From the NCBI GenBank assembly GCA_965263295.1, contig OZ253665.1:2304001-2368000 (forward strand): a stretch of 64,000 nucleotides of DNA, in the 5' to 3' direction. Under the pieces are notes generated by a model that did not search any database, was not told where the DNA came from, and was given only the letters and a program-made list of their open reading frames with translations. Position numbers and translations under genes: made by a program. Below, piece after piece: positions 20,412 to 28,917 of this stretch (its first letter is position 1; every line of letters starts with the position of its first letter). Origin of the DNA: Spirochaetia bacterium (GTDB taxonomy: Bacteria > Spirochaetota > Spirochaetia > SP-2023).

Positions 20412-21446
20412 TCAACTGCATTCTATCGCAATCTTTACTTCAGAAGGCGGCAAAGTAGCTGCATATGCGAATGCGGCACAGCCATCTTTGAAGCTATACG
20501 TTTTTGTTATCAACGGCTCTACATCCAGCATGCCGGACGCAATCAAAGCGATAACTTTGGGAAAAACGTTGGCGTATCTGAATATCGTGTCAATGTGAAT
20601 CTCTTTGACCTGCAGGCCCACGATATCTAAGGTAACAGGAGCAGACGGCATGCCGATGAGCAGCAACTTGCCCCTGGGGCGCAGCAAATCACTGACATGC
20701 TCAAATGCGTGGCGATTGCCACTGGCTTCAAATACCACGTCAAAGTCTTTTATACCGGCAGAAGCCGTCGCTTCAAGGATATTTTGTGCCGATAAATCCA
20801 TGGGAATTATGTGGTTGTAAACTCTTTTAACGAAGCGGAGCTTCTCGCGTTTGACATCAGCAATAAAAACTTTAGATGCTCCAGCTGCTTTAGCTGCAAG
20901 TGCTGTGACAATTCCAATTGTGCCCGCTCCAACGACTAAGACGCGACTTCCACAAGACAGAGCGGACCTTTGCACCGCATATAAGCCAATTGCCAGAGGT
21001 TCGACTAGAGCACCTTGCGCATTGGAAACCTGATCGGGAAGCTTAAATGTCAGAGCTGCGGGATGTACCACCGATTCCCTGAGGCAACCATGCACCGGCG
21101 GCGTAGCCCAGAATCGTAGCGTCGGATCGAGATTGTACATGCCCGAAAGAGTCTCAAAACTAGCAAAGTCGGGGACTCCGGGCTCCATGCATACTCTGTC
21201 CCCCACGGCTAGACCTTTGACATCCGAACCAATTTCAAGCACGATGCCACTTGCCTCATGACCTAAGACCATAGGCTGATCAACGACAAAATCGCCGATC
21301 CGGCCTTCGTTGTAATAGTGAACATCGCTACCGCAGATCCCGACGACCTGAGGCCTGATCCTGACACTGTCCGGGCTAAGGGTCTCGCATATATCAATTT
21401 CCCTGAGATTGACACAACCCTTCTTTTCTAGCACGATAGCCTTCAT
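20412..21446 (-). CDS. Zn-dependent polyol dehydrogenase, xylitol dehydrogenase/D-xylulose reductase type
   Basis: [23 protein letters not shown]...[17 protein letters not shown] (no structural-Zn cysteines), GAGTIG, IFRYAN; ATG 21446 behind CAGGAG. Confidence 0.85.
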   Translation of the reverse strand: MKAIVLEKKGCVNLREIDICETLSPDSVRIRPQVVGICGSDVHYYNEGRIGDFVVDQPMVLGHEASGIVLEIGSDVKGLAVGDRVCMEPGVPDFASFETLSGMYNLDPTLRFWATPPVHGCLRESVVHPAALTFKLPDQVSNAQGALVEPLAIGLYAVQRSALSCGSRVLVVGAGTIGIVTALAAKAAGASKVFIADVKREKLRFVKRVYNHIIPMDLSAQNILEATASAGIKDFDVVFEASGNRHAFEHVSDLLRPRGKLLLIGMPSAPVTLDIVGLQVKEIHIDTIFRYANVFPKVIALIASGMLDVEPLITKTYSFKDGCAAFAYAATLPPSEVKIAIECS

Positions 21447-21709
21447 ATTTTCTCCTGTTTTTATCCGGCAAAGCTGTGACCTAGAATGCTGCACAAACTT
21501 GAACTGCCTCCCAATCTTAACACGGGAGCATGCTTAAAATCAAAAAAAATGTTTAAAATCAAAAAAATTCTATTATGGCTTTGATCTAGGCAGAATTATG
21601 TTGAATGCCCATCATGAATATGATGAATATGATTGGGTGGCTTGCCTGTCGCCGGCAAAACATGGCGGCCTTATTTGACTTGCTCTTTGGCTTTGGTTAA
21701 GCTGCCTTC

Positions 21710-22777
21710 ATGCTAAAAATTGCCTTTGTCGGTTGTGGCCGCATCTCCAGCAAGCACTTTGACGCCCTGGACAAACTGCGGCAAGAAATTGAGGTCCAGG
21801 CCCTCTGTGACATTGATATTGAACGCGCCCGCGGCGCGCGCAGCGCGCGCGAATGCTGTCGCTCCGCCAAGATATACAACGATATCGAATCCATGCTGGC
21901 CGCCGAGAATGGCCTGGATGCCGCCGTCATAGCGCTGCCCAACGGCTTGCATGCCGCAGCTGGAGCGCTGTGCGCCCATGCCGGCCTGCACGTCATCGTG
22001 GAAAAACCGCTGGCCGTGCGCCTGGCCGACGGCGAAAAACTGCTGGCCGCCTGTCGCCAAAATCAAGTGCAGCTTTTCCTGATCCACCAAAACCGCTTCA
22101 ACCCGCCCGTGCAGCAGCTCTACTGCGCCATCGGCAGCGGGTATCTGGGCCGCATTTACAGCCTGCATGCCAACGTATTTTGGACCCGCCCCCAGAGCTA
22201 CTACGACAGCGAGGGGAGCTGGCACGGCAGCAAGGAGCTGGACGGCGGAGCCTTTTACACCCAGGCCAGCCATTATGTCGACATGGTGCAATGGCTGGCG
22301 GGAGGCCGGCCCGATCGCATCTGGAGCCAGTTGCGCACGATGGCCCGCGACATTGAAACCGAAGACTGCGGAATGGCCTTTATGGAATGGGGCACGGCTG
22401 GCAGTCCCCAAAATATCATCGCCAGCATCAATATGAGCATCTTGACCTACCCCAGGAACCTGGAAGGCTCGGTTTTAGTGCTGGGCGAAAAAGGCAGTGT
22501 CAAAATTGGCGGCACCGCCATGAATAAAGTCGAGAACTGGCAGGTGGCGGGCATGGATGCCGCGCGGCTCGAATTCGGCAGCTACGACACCGATTCCGTC
22601 TACGGCTTCGGCCATCAAAACCTTTACGCCGCCATCGCCGCCCGGCTGCGCGGCGAGAGTCAGGACGCCGGCACTGAAGCAGCTCTGGTCAATGGCCCCG
22701 ATATTCTGGACAACCTGGCCATAATTGAAGGCATTCAGCGCTCCGCTCAAGGGGGCGGCCGCATCATTAATCTGTAA
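21710..22777 (+). CDS. Gfo/Idh/MocA oxidoreductase, WlbA/WbpB-like UDP-sugar 3-dehydrogenase
   Basis: VGCGRISSKH, EKPLA, QNRFNP, WTRPQSYY, DGGAFYTQASHYVD, YPRNLEGS, SVYGFGH. Confidence 0.82.
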   Translation: MLKIAFVGCGRISSKHFDALDKLRQEIEVQALCDIDIERARGARSARECCRSAKIYNDIESMLAAENGLDAAVIALPNGLHAAAGALCAHAGLHVIVEKPLAVRLADGEKLLAACRQNQVQLFLIHQNRFNPPVQQLYCAIGSGYLGRIYSLHANVFWTRPQSYYDSEGSWHGSKELDGGAFYTQASHYVDMVQWLAGGRPDRIWSQLRTMARDIETEDCGMAFMEWGTAGSPQNIIASINMSILTYPRNLEGSVLVLGEKGSVKIGGTAMNKVENWQVAGMDAARLEFGSYDTDSVYGFGHQNLYAAIAARLRGESQDAGTEAALVNGPDILDNLAIIEGIQRSAQGGGRIINL

Positions 22778-22802
22778 AGGGCCAGGATTTTCCGGAAGAC
22801 AA

Positions 22803-23855
22803 ATGTCAATGACTGCCCCTAAAGTCCGCATTGTAATGCCCGTATACAACAGCGCCGCTTATGTAGCCGCCGGCATAGAATCCGTGCTCAAACAGGACGA
22901 GCCCCACTGGGAACTACAAATTGTGGATGACGGCAGCCAGGATGCCTCCGCGGACATTTGCCGCCGCTACGCGCAAAAAGATTCACGCATCCACTTCACG
23001 CAGCAGCAAAACGCTGGCCAGTACGGCATTGTCAACCGCTATACAGCTGCGGAAACGGCCGAGTACAGCGCTGTGCTAGACAGCGATGATCAGCTCGCGC
23101 CGGATTACCTGAGCTCCATGTGCCAGTTCGCCCAAAAGCACGACTGCGATATCGTTCTGACGACACAGCAGGTCCTGAAAAGTCGAAAGTACTTTCATAA
23201 ACACAAGCGGCAGCTGTACGAGGATTCTCTGACCCTAAAATATCTCCACGGAGTTTTTTCCATGCCCGACTGCGGCATCTTCGTGCGCAGTGCGCTGCGT
23301 TGCCAGATTGCGCCCAGACTGCCACAATTACCTCTGTATGCCGCCACAGATGACTTGCAGGGCTTTTTCCTCACAGAGGGAGCGCAGCGAATTGGGCACA
23401 TGGGCGCGGCCAAGTACTGGCGCAACTTTTCCAGCGCCGGCACCTGGCGCAACCACAACCCGGAGTTCCTTCTGCGCAAAGTATATTCCATACTGTTCAG
23501 CCTTAGCTATATTCAGTGTCAAATCGCGCAGTGGCCCAAGGAAAAACAGCAGCAGATCACGACCAATTATTTGTTGCGCTGGTTGCGTTTCAGTTTGTTA
23601 CGTTGCTTCAGCGGCCTGGGCCCCGCGGAGCAATATGAACTGCTGCGCAACGCCGTCGCCCAGATCCATGACTTACAGCGCGAAGTATTTATCAGCCCGC
23701 CAGAACAAGTAGCCCTATTGAGCGAAATGCCCGCCGCAGGGCTCAAAGGCAGTCTGGCGCGGCGTTTGCGCCGCTCCCTACGCGACCTTTTACCCTACGG
23801 CTATGTGCAAAGCAAGAAGGGCGCCGCCCCTCGGCGGGAACGCAGCTTCCCATAA
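22803..23855 (+). CDS. Glycosyltransferase family 2
   Basis: IVMPVYN, IVDDGSQD, QNAG, LDSDD. Confidence 0.88.
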   Translation: MSMTAPKVRIVMPVYNSAAYVAAGIESVLKQDEPHWELQIVDDGSQDASADICRRYAQKDSRIHFTQQQNAGQYGIVNRYTAAETAEYSAVLDSDDQLAPDYLSSMCQFAQKHDCDIVLTTQQVLKSRKYFHKHKRQLYEDSLTLKYLHGVFSMPDCGIFVRSALRCQIAPRLPQLPLYAATDDLQGFFLTEGAQRIGHMGAAKYWRNFSSAGTWRNHNPEFLLRKVYSILFSLSYIQCQIAQWPKEKQQQITTNYLLRWLRFSLLRCFSGLGPAEQYELLRNAVAQIHDLQREVFISPPEQVALLSEMPAAGLKGSLARRLRRSLRDLLPYGYVQSKKGAAPRRERSFP

Positions 23856-23909
23856 GTCTTTCCATAGGGGCCATAGGGGGGGGCATAGGGAGGCCAATAG
23901 GGGTCTGGG
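23851..23909 (+). repeat. CATAGGG-type short repeats with G-runs including G8
   Basis: cataagtctttccataggggccatagggggggg cataggg aggccaatagggg tctggg. Confidence 0.7.
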
Positions 23910-24072
23910 ACGGCATTGCAACAAATTTAGCAGATCGGGAGACTAAGACCTAGCGGCCCTGAATTATAACCTGGAATTATAAAAGCTATAAAAAAAGCTA
24001 GCCCCAAACCAATTGGCCTTTGGCCCACCGTCAATTAGCCAAGTATATCCCTTTTGTTTACTGGAGAACGCG

Positions 24073-25374
24073 ATGTTGCTGACTTTGTCTCTCCTGCTAC
24101 TGCTGGCAGCCGCATTTTATGAGTTAAATCTGCAGATTCTGAACCTACATGCCCTGGAGAAATGGTTTCGTGGTACCCCGGCGTCTAGCGACACACAACA
24201 ACGTTACAGCTACCAAAAGGCCTTGCAACTGCAGGCTATGTGCCGTTCGTCCCTGGGCTCCGCGCTACTCCTGATTTTCTTAGCCGTGCGCCTGGGCCCC
24301 TGGCTATACCTGCAACTGGAAAACCATATCGGCGCCTACCCCCTGTTGCGCGACATCGCCTTTGTCGTGGTGCTGCAGCTGACACAGTTTGCCTTTAGAC
24401 TGCCCTGGAACCTTTATCGTCGCTTTATTATCGAAGAGCGCTTCGGTTTTAACTGCATGAAGCCCAAAGACTACGCCAAGGATCTGCTAAAAGCGGCCAT
24501 ACTGAGTCTGCTGCTCGGCCTGCCCGTATTGCTCGGCCTGTTCTTCTTGATGCAAAACCTGCGCTGGTGGTGGCTCTGGGGCTTTCTCGGCCTGACGGCT
24601 TGCCAGGTCCTACTGCTTTGGCTCTATCCCATCTTCATTGCCCCGCTATTTAACCGCTTTCGCCCCCTGACGGAAGCCGGCGCAGAAGGTCGAGTAAAAC
24701 GACAACTGGAGCAACTCTTGCAACAATGCCATTTTGCGGCAAAGGGGCTATTTGTCATGGATGGCAGCAAGCGTTCGCGCCACAGCAATGCCTATTTCAC
24801 CGGCTTTGGGCGCAACCGCCGCATCGTCCTGTTTGACACCTTGCTCGACGAACTAAACCCAGAGCAACTGGCCGCCGTACTGGCCCACGAGATCGGCCAT
24901 TGCCAGAAAAAGCACATTCCCAAAATGTTGTTGCAAAGCCTATTGGGCCTCTTTCTGGGCTTTATCGGCCTCTATTTTCTCGCGCAATGGAGCGAGCTGT
25001 TTCGCAGCTTTGGCTTTAGCTTCAATCCAGGTCTCAATCCGGGCACGGGCCCCAGCCCCGCCGTGCTGCTCTTCGTCGGTCTGATCCTGGCCTCACCCCT
25101 GAACCTGGCGTGGCAACGTTTGAGCAGCCATTTCTCACGCAAGCACGAATTTGAGGCCGATGCCTATGCGGTCGCCGCCATGAAAGGGTCACAGGCTCTG
25201 GCCGGAGCGCTGCAAACCCTGCACCGCGAAAACCTGAGCAACCCGGCCCCCCATCCCGCCTATGCGGCTCTTTACTACAGTCACCCGGCTCTTCCCGAAC
25301 GCCTGCGGGCGCTCAGTACCTCCCAGAAGAATCCCACTGTGAATCCCTGGCCCAGTAACCACGAAAAACACTAA
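24073..25374 (+). CDS. M48 family zinc metalloprotease, Ste24p-like
   Basis: IEERFGFN, IAPLFNRF, MDGSKRSRHSNAYFTGFG, HEIGH, SRKHEFEAD, YSHP. Confidence 0.93.
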   Translation: MLLTLSLLLLLAAAFYELNLQILNLHALEKWFRGTPASSDTQQRYSYQKALQLQAMCRSSLGSALLLIFLAVRLGPWLYLQLENHIGAYPLLRDIAFVVVLQLTQFAFRLPWNLYRRFIIEERFGFNCMKPKDYAKDLLKAAILSLLLGLPVLLGLFFLMQNLRWWWLWGFLGLTACQVLLLWLYPIFIAPLFNRFRPLTEAGAEGRVKRQLEQLLQQCHFAAKGLFVMDGSKRSRHSNAYFTGFGRNRRIVLFDTLLDELNPEQLAAVLAHEIGHCQKKHIPKMLLQSLLGLFLGFIGLYFLAQWSELFRSFGFSFNPGLNPGTGPSPAVLLFVGLILASPLNLAWQRLSSHFSRKHEFEADAYAVAAMKGSQALAGALQTLHRENLSNPAPHPAYAALYYSHPALPERLRALSTSQKNPTVNPWPSNHEKH

Positions 25375-25450
25375 AAAAATACAAAACAACACGAAAATTC
25401 TAAAAATTCTAAAATGCCCATCGGCCTGAAAACCTCCCGCTTGAAGACGC

Positions 25451-25477
25451 AAAAAGGCTCCCCCGAAGGGGAGCCTT
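25451..25477 (-). terminator. Rho-independent terminator of the lipoprotein gene (possibly bidirectional)
   Basis: Minus strand AAGGCTCCCC-TTCG-GGGGAGCCTT followed by T-run; UUCG tetraloop. Confidence 0.9.
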
Positions 25478-25506
25478 AGTTAAAGCCGTAATGGGATTAG
25501 AAACAG

Positions 25507-26253
25507 CTAAGCTTCAACTTCGTCATAATTTACGTTAATTATAACACTTTCGACCGTTATAGCCGCAGTCTTTTCCCCTGTCTTCGGCTTATCAATTTCA
25601 ACATCTGCAGCCTTAAGCCCAGAGATATAATTAAGTTTATTCAAAGCTTCGGCTATCTTATCTTTAACCAGTTCTTCATCATCTGAAGCCTTGCCTTGGA
25701 TATTGAGGCCCAGAACTTTGGCCTTCTCTGCATTCTCTTTAGCCGCAATCTCCACAATAGCCCAAAGTTTACGTGTGTAGACCATTGGATCAGTTTCTTG
25801 ATTATACGTGATTTCCAGTTTAATGGTTTTTTCTCGCGCCCAGTCATAACTGGTCAGGGTCCTCATGTTGCGGGCGGAAATTGTGATTGTTCCTTCTTTG
25901 GGTTTAGGCTCCTCACCATTATAAACTAAATCTAAAATATGCGGCTTAAATTTTTCTGTAAAAGTGGCCTGGTCGTCTTTTGATAATTTACCATCTTGAA
26001 CTGCCTGTTCTGCCTTATACTTGGCTTTTGCTTCAACTTTTTCTAAAACCTTCTTTTTAAAATCGTCATCGGCCGTAGTAACTTGATCGCCAAGACCAAT
26101 CAGTAAAGAATTTGGGAAACCGTTCATGAACTCCGACAAGTGAGTCGGCTTAGGATCGTCAAAATTTTCGACCTGGCAAGAGAATATTAACCCGGCCACT
26201 AGAATTGATATATATATATATATATCGGTATTTAGAAAAAAATTTTTCTTCAT
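25507..26253 (-). CDS. Hypothetical lipoprotein, Lys/Glu-rich, AT-rich gene
   Basis: MKKNFF...ILVAGLIFSC signal with spirochaete-type lipobox; own terminator; no family recognised. Confidence 0.75.
   Translation of the reverse strand: MKKNFFLNTDIYIYISILVAGLIFSCQVENFDDPKPTHLSEFMNGFPNSLLIGLGDQVTTADDDFKKKVLEKVEAKAKYKAEQAVQDGKLSKDDQATFTEKFKPHILDLVYNGEEPKPKEGTITISARNMRTLTSYDWAREKTIKLEITYNQETDPMVYTRKLWAIVEIAAKENAEKAKVLGLNIQGKASDDEELVKDKIAEALNKLNYISGLKAADVEIDKPKTGEKTAAITVESVIINVNYDEVEA
26208..26225. repeat. (AT)9 dinucleotide microsatellite within the signal-peptide coding region
   Basis: g-atatatatatatatatat-c, encoding DIYIYIS. Confidence 0.95.
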
Positions 26254-26838
26254 TGTGAAATTCCTCAAAATTAAATGCAAAATATAGACGACATAAACCC
26301 TAAACAAACAACTCAGAAATTATTCCCAGAGTTATTTCTAAAAATTGCCGCTGTGGCAAACGGGTGCAAAAAACGTATTTTAAACCAATACTCATCTCTT
26401 TTTTATCATCAAGACATATCCGTACACGAAACTTCATGATAAATCCACTATATGTCATACATTGATTAAAAGTAATAATTTTGCTAAAAAATCTGAAAAA
26501 TTTGTTTAAGCCCGTTTGCGCAAAAATAATTCAAAGTTGCGGCGGCCTTGTGTGGAGCCTCCCGCAGCTCCCCCGTCTAGATTTCGTGACATTTCGCAGT
26601 CTTCGTGCCTTTCGTGGTTCCCTTGCCGACATCAACCATCCTCTGGCGCCGGCAAAATAATTTGCGACAAAGTCAGGATCTTCCAACTCCTCCAGCCACT
26701 TATATATCAAAAAATATCTATAATAATTAAAGTATTTTGAAAATATGGTTGAAATTTTGTAAAAACTAAATTATAAATATTTTAAGAAGCTTCTAGAGAT
26801 TATCTCTAAATTGTACAATTTTAAATAAGGAGTTCATT

Positions 26839-28230
26839 ATGAAATTTATCTTAGATTTCTTTACCGTGTTTGACGGTTTTGTCTGGGGTCCGGTGATGCT
26901 CGTGCTGCTCGTGGGCGGGGCACTGTTCCTGAGTATTGGCACTAAACTGATTCAGTACCGCAAACTCGGCAAAACCTTCCGCACGATGAGGGACAAAGGC
27001 GATCAGGCTGGCGACGTCAGCCCGTTCGCGGCCCTGATGGCGGCTATGTCTGCCACGGTGGGAACGGGCAACATCGTGGGTGTGGCCACGGCTGTCGCTA
27101 TGGGAGGTCCCGGTGCGGTATTCTGGATGTGGCTGCTGGCCATCTTGGGCGGTGCCACGAAATTTTCCGAGGCGGTTTTGGCGGTAAAGTTCCGCATTAC
27201 GAATGATAGGGGAGAGCGCGCCGGCGGGCCGATGTATTATTGCAGCAGGGGTATGGAAAGTCAGTACGGCGGCAACTGGAAATGGTTTGGCTGGCTATTT
27301 GCGTTGTTTGGCGGCATCGCCTGTTTTGGCATTGGCAATTTGACGCAAATCAATGCCATTACCGCCAACCTGGAATCCGCTTTTTCCTTTGACAAGTATT
27401 TTTGCGCCATTGTTGTGGCCATCTTGATCGGGGCTGTGATCATCGGCGGCATCAAGCGAATTGCCCGAGTCGCCGAGTTTTTGGTGCCGATAATGGCCAT
27501 TATTTATGTCGTTGCCGCTCTAATTGTTTTATTTTCTCACGCGAGTCATATTCCCGCTGCCTTCGGTCTGATTTTCAGCCACGCCTTTGATGGCTCCTCC
27601 GTTGTCGGCGGCCTGTTTGGCGGCGTCATTCGCTACGGTCTCGCCCGCGGAGTATTTTCCAGCGAAGCCGGCCTTGGCTCGGCCCCAATGGCTCATGCCG
27701 CCTCTTCGACCAATGATCCGGTAAAACAGGGCCTTCTGGCGGCGCTTGAACCCCTGATTGATACTCTGATTATTTGCAGCATGACGGCTTTGGTCTGCAT
27801 TATGTCGGGCTATTTGAACTTTGGTGGCGAAGGTGGGATGTTACAGACAGACTACACTGGCGACATATTGACCCAAAAGTCTTTTGACAAGGCGATCCCG
27901 TTTGGCAGTGTCGTTGTCGCGATTTCCCTCACGTTTTTTGCCTTTTCTACCAACATATCCTGGTACTATTACGGCTCTAAATGCTGGGAATATATCATTG
28001 GTCATACAAAATTTATTTTATTTTTTCAGATACTCTGGGTCGTGGTATGTTTTGTCGGTGGTATATCCAGGTTGGATGTGGTCTGGCTGATTGCCGATAC
28101 CTTTAATGGCTTGATGGCTTTTCCCAACCTGATCGCGCTCTTGGCGCTCTCTCCGCTGATCTTCAAGACGGTGCGTGACTTTGATGCCAAGGAAAAAGGC
28201 GCTGAGCTGGAAAGCAAACAGCAGGGTTAA
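26839..28230 (+). CDS. Alanine/glycine:cation symporter (AGCS/AlsT family)
   Basis: ATVGTGNIVGVATA, GGPGAVFWMW, GGPMYY, RGVFSSEAGLGS, DTLIICSMT, LMAFPNLIAL; RBS AAGGAG. Confidence 0.95.
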   Translation: MKFILDFFTVFDGFVWGPVMLVLLVGGALFLSIGTKLIQYRKLGKTFRTMRDKGDQAGDVSPFAALMAAMSATVGTGNIVGVATAVAMGGPGAVFWMWLLAILGGATKFSEAVLAVKFRITNDRGERAGGPMYYCSRGMESQYGGNWKWFGWLFALFGGIACFGIGNLTQINAITANLESAFSFDKYFCAIVVAILIGAVIIGGIKRIARVAEFLVPIMAIIYVVAALIVLFSHASHIPAAFGLIFSHAFDGSSVVGGLFGGVIRYGLARGVFSSEAGLGSAPMAHAASSTNDPVKQGLLAALEPLIDTLIICSMTALVCIMSGYLNFGGEGGMLQTDYTGDILTQKSFDKAIPFGSVVVAISLTFFAFSTNISWYYYGSKCWEYIIGHTKFILFFQILWVVVCFVGGISRLDVVWLIADTFNGLMAFPNLIALLALSPLIFKTVRDFDAKEKGAELESKQQG

Positions 28231-28260
28231 GCTCCGCACTTTTTGTCATTGTTGCATAGA

Positions 28261-28300
28261 AAGATCTAGGGTGTTTCCTAACGTAAGCCCTAGATTTTTA
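28261..28300 (+). terminator. Probable terminator after the symporter gene
   Basis: ATCTAGGG...CCCTAGAT followed by TTTT. Confidence 0.65.
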
Positions 28301-28346
28301 TGTGGATTTTTATTTTGAGTTATCCGCGGTTTTTAAGAAAAAGTCG

Positions 28347-28781
28347 TTAATTTCGGTCATTATTTCGCTGCAATTGTTTTTCCATGCCCTCAATGCGCCG
28401 GCTGACGGTATTTAGGCGTTGTTCAATGGAATGCAGAACCCAGAAATTAAAGTGGCTCATGCGGCTCAGGCTGCTAATGAGCATAATTATTTTCACGCTT
28501 ATCAGCAGGATTCCAAACTCGACCGCATAAATGGGGTCAAATAATTCAAATACAATATCGACTACGAACACAGCGATTATAACGAACAAAATCAGGACGT
28601 TAATGACTCGTTCCTTCTTGCGGCTCTGCACACCCCCTATCTTGGCCAGTATGTCATCCATAGCCCCTTGTTCTTTCTGGTAAGAATCAATTTCTTCCTG
28701 CAGAATTTTTTCGGCATCGGGCTCGGCGGCTGTACTCTCAGGGGCGTCTGTGCTGACGGGACTGCGGGGGGAGGCGTTCAT
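28347..28781 (-). CDS. Hypothetical two-TM membrane protein with coiled-coil ends
   Basis: 144 aa ORF, two hydrophobic helices, RBS-like AGGAG upstream. Confidence 0.7.
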   Translation of the reverse strand: MNASPRSPVSTDAPESTAAEPDAEKILQEEIDSYQKEQGAMDDILAKIGGVQSRKKERVINVLILFVIIAVFVVDIVFELFDPIYAVEFGILLISVKIIMLISSLSRMSHFNFWVLHSIEQRLNTVSRRIEGMEKQLQRNNDRN

Positions 28782-28917
28782 TGTTGATTCTCCTATTTTC
28801 AGCTCTTGCTCGCCGTAATTCTAATGCCTAGAATTGGGAAAGTCCAGCCGTATCTGAGCAGTAAAAAGGCTTGTAGCCATTTCAATAATTGGGGGCTTTG
28901 ACGCTTGCCGGTGTATG

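Noticed and set aside
21579..21606. dif-like site (TTATGTTGAAT resembles the XerD arm); a similar half-site at 41688-41698
   Set aside because: No matching XerC arm at the 6 bp spacing in either case.
12660..21640. Island as an integrative or transposable element
   Set aside because: No integrase, transposase, tRNA target or convincing terminal repeats; only an 8 bp TTTGATCT match near both ends.
26254..26838. Glycine or other known riboswitch upstream of the symporter
   Set aside because: Conserved GGAGA/CCGAAG/CTCTCAGG elements not found on the sense strand.
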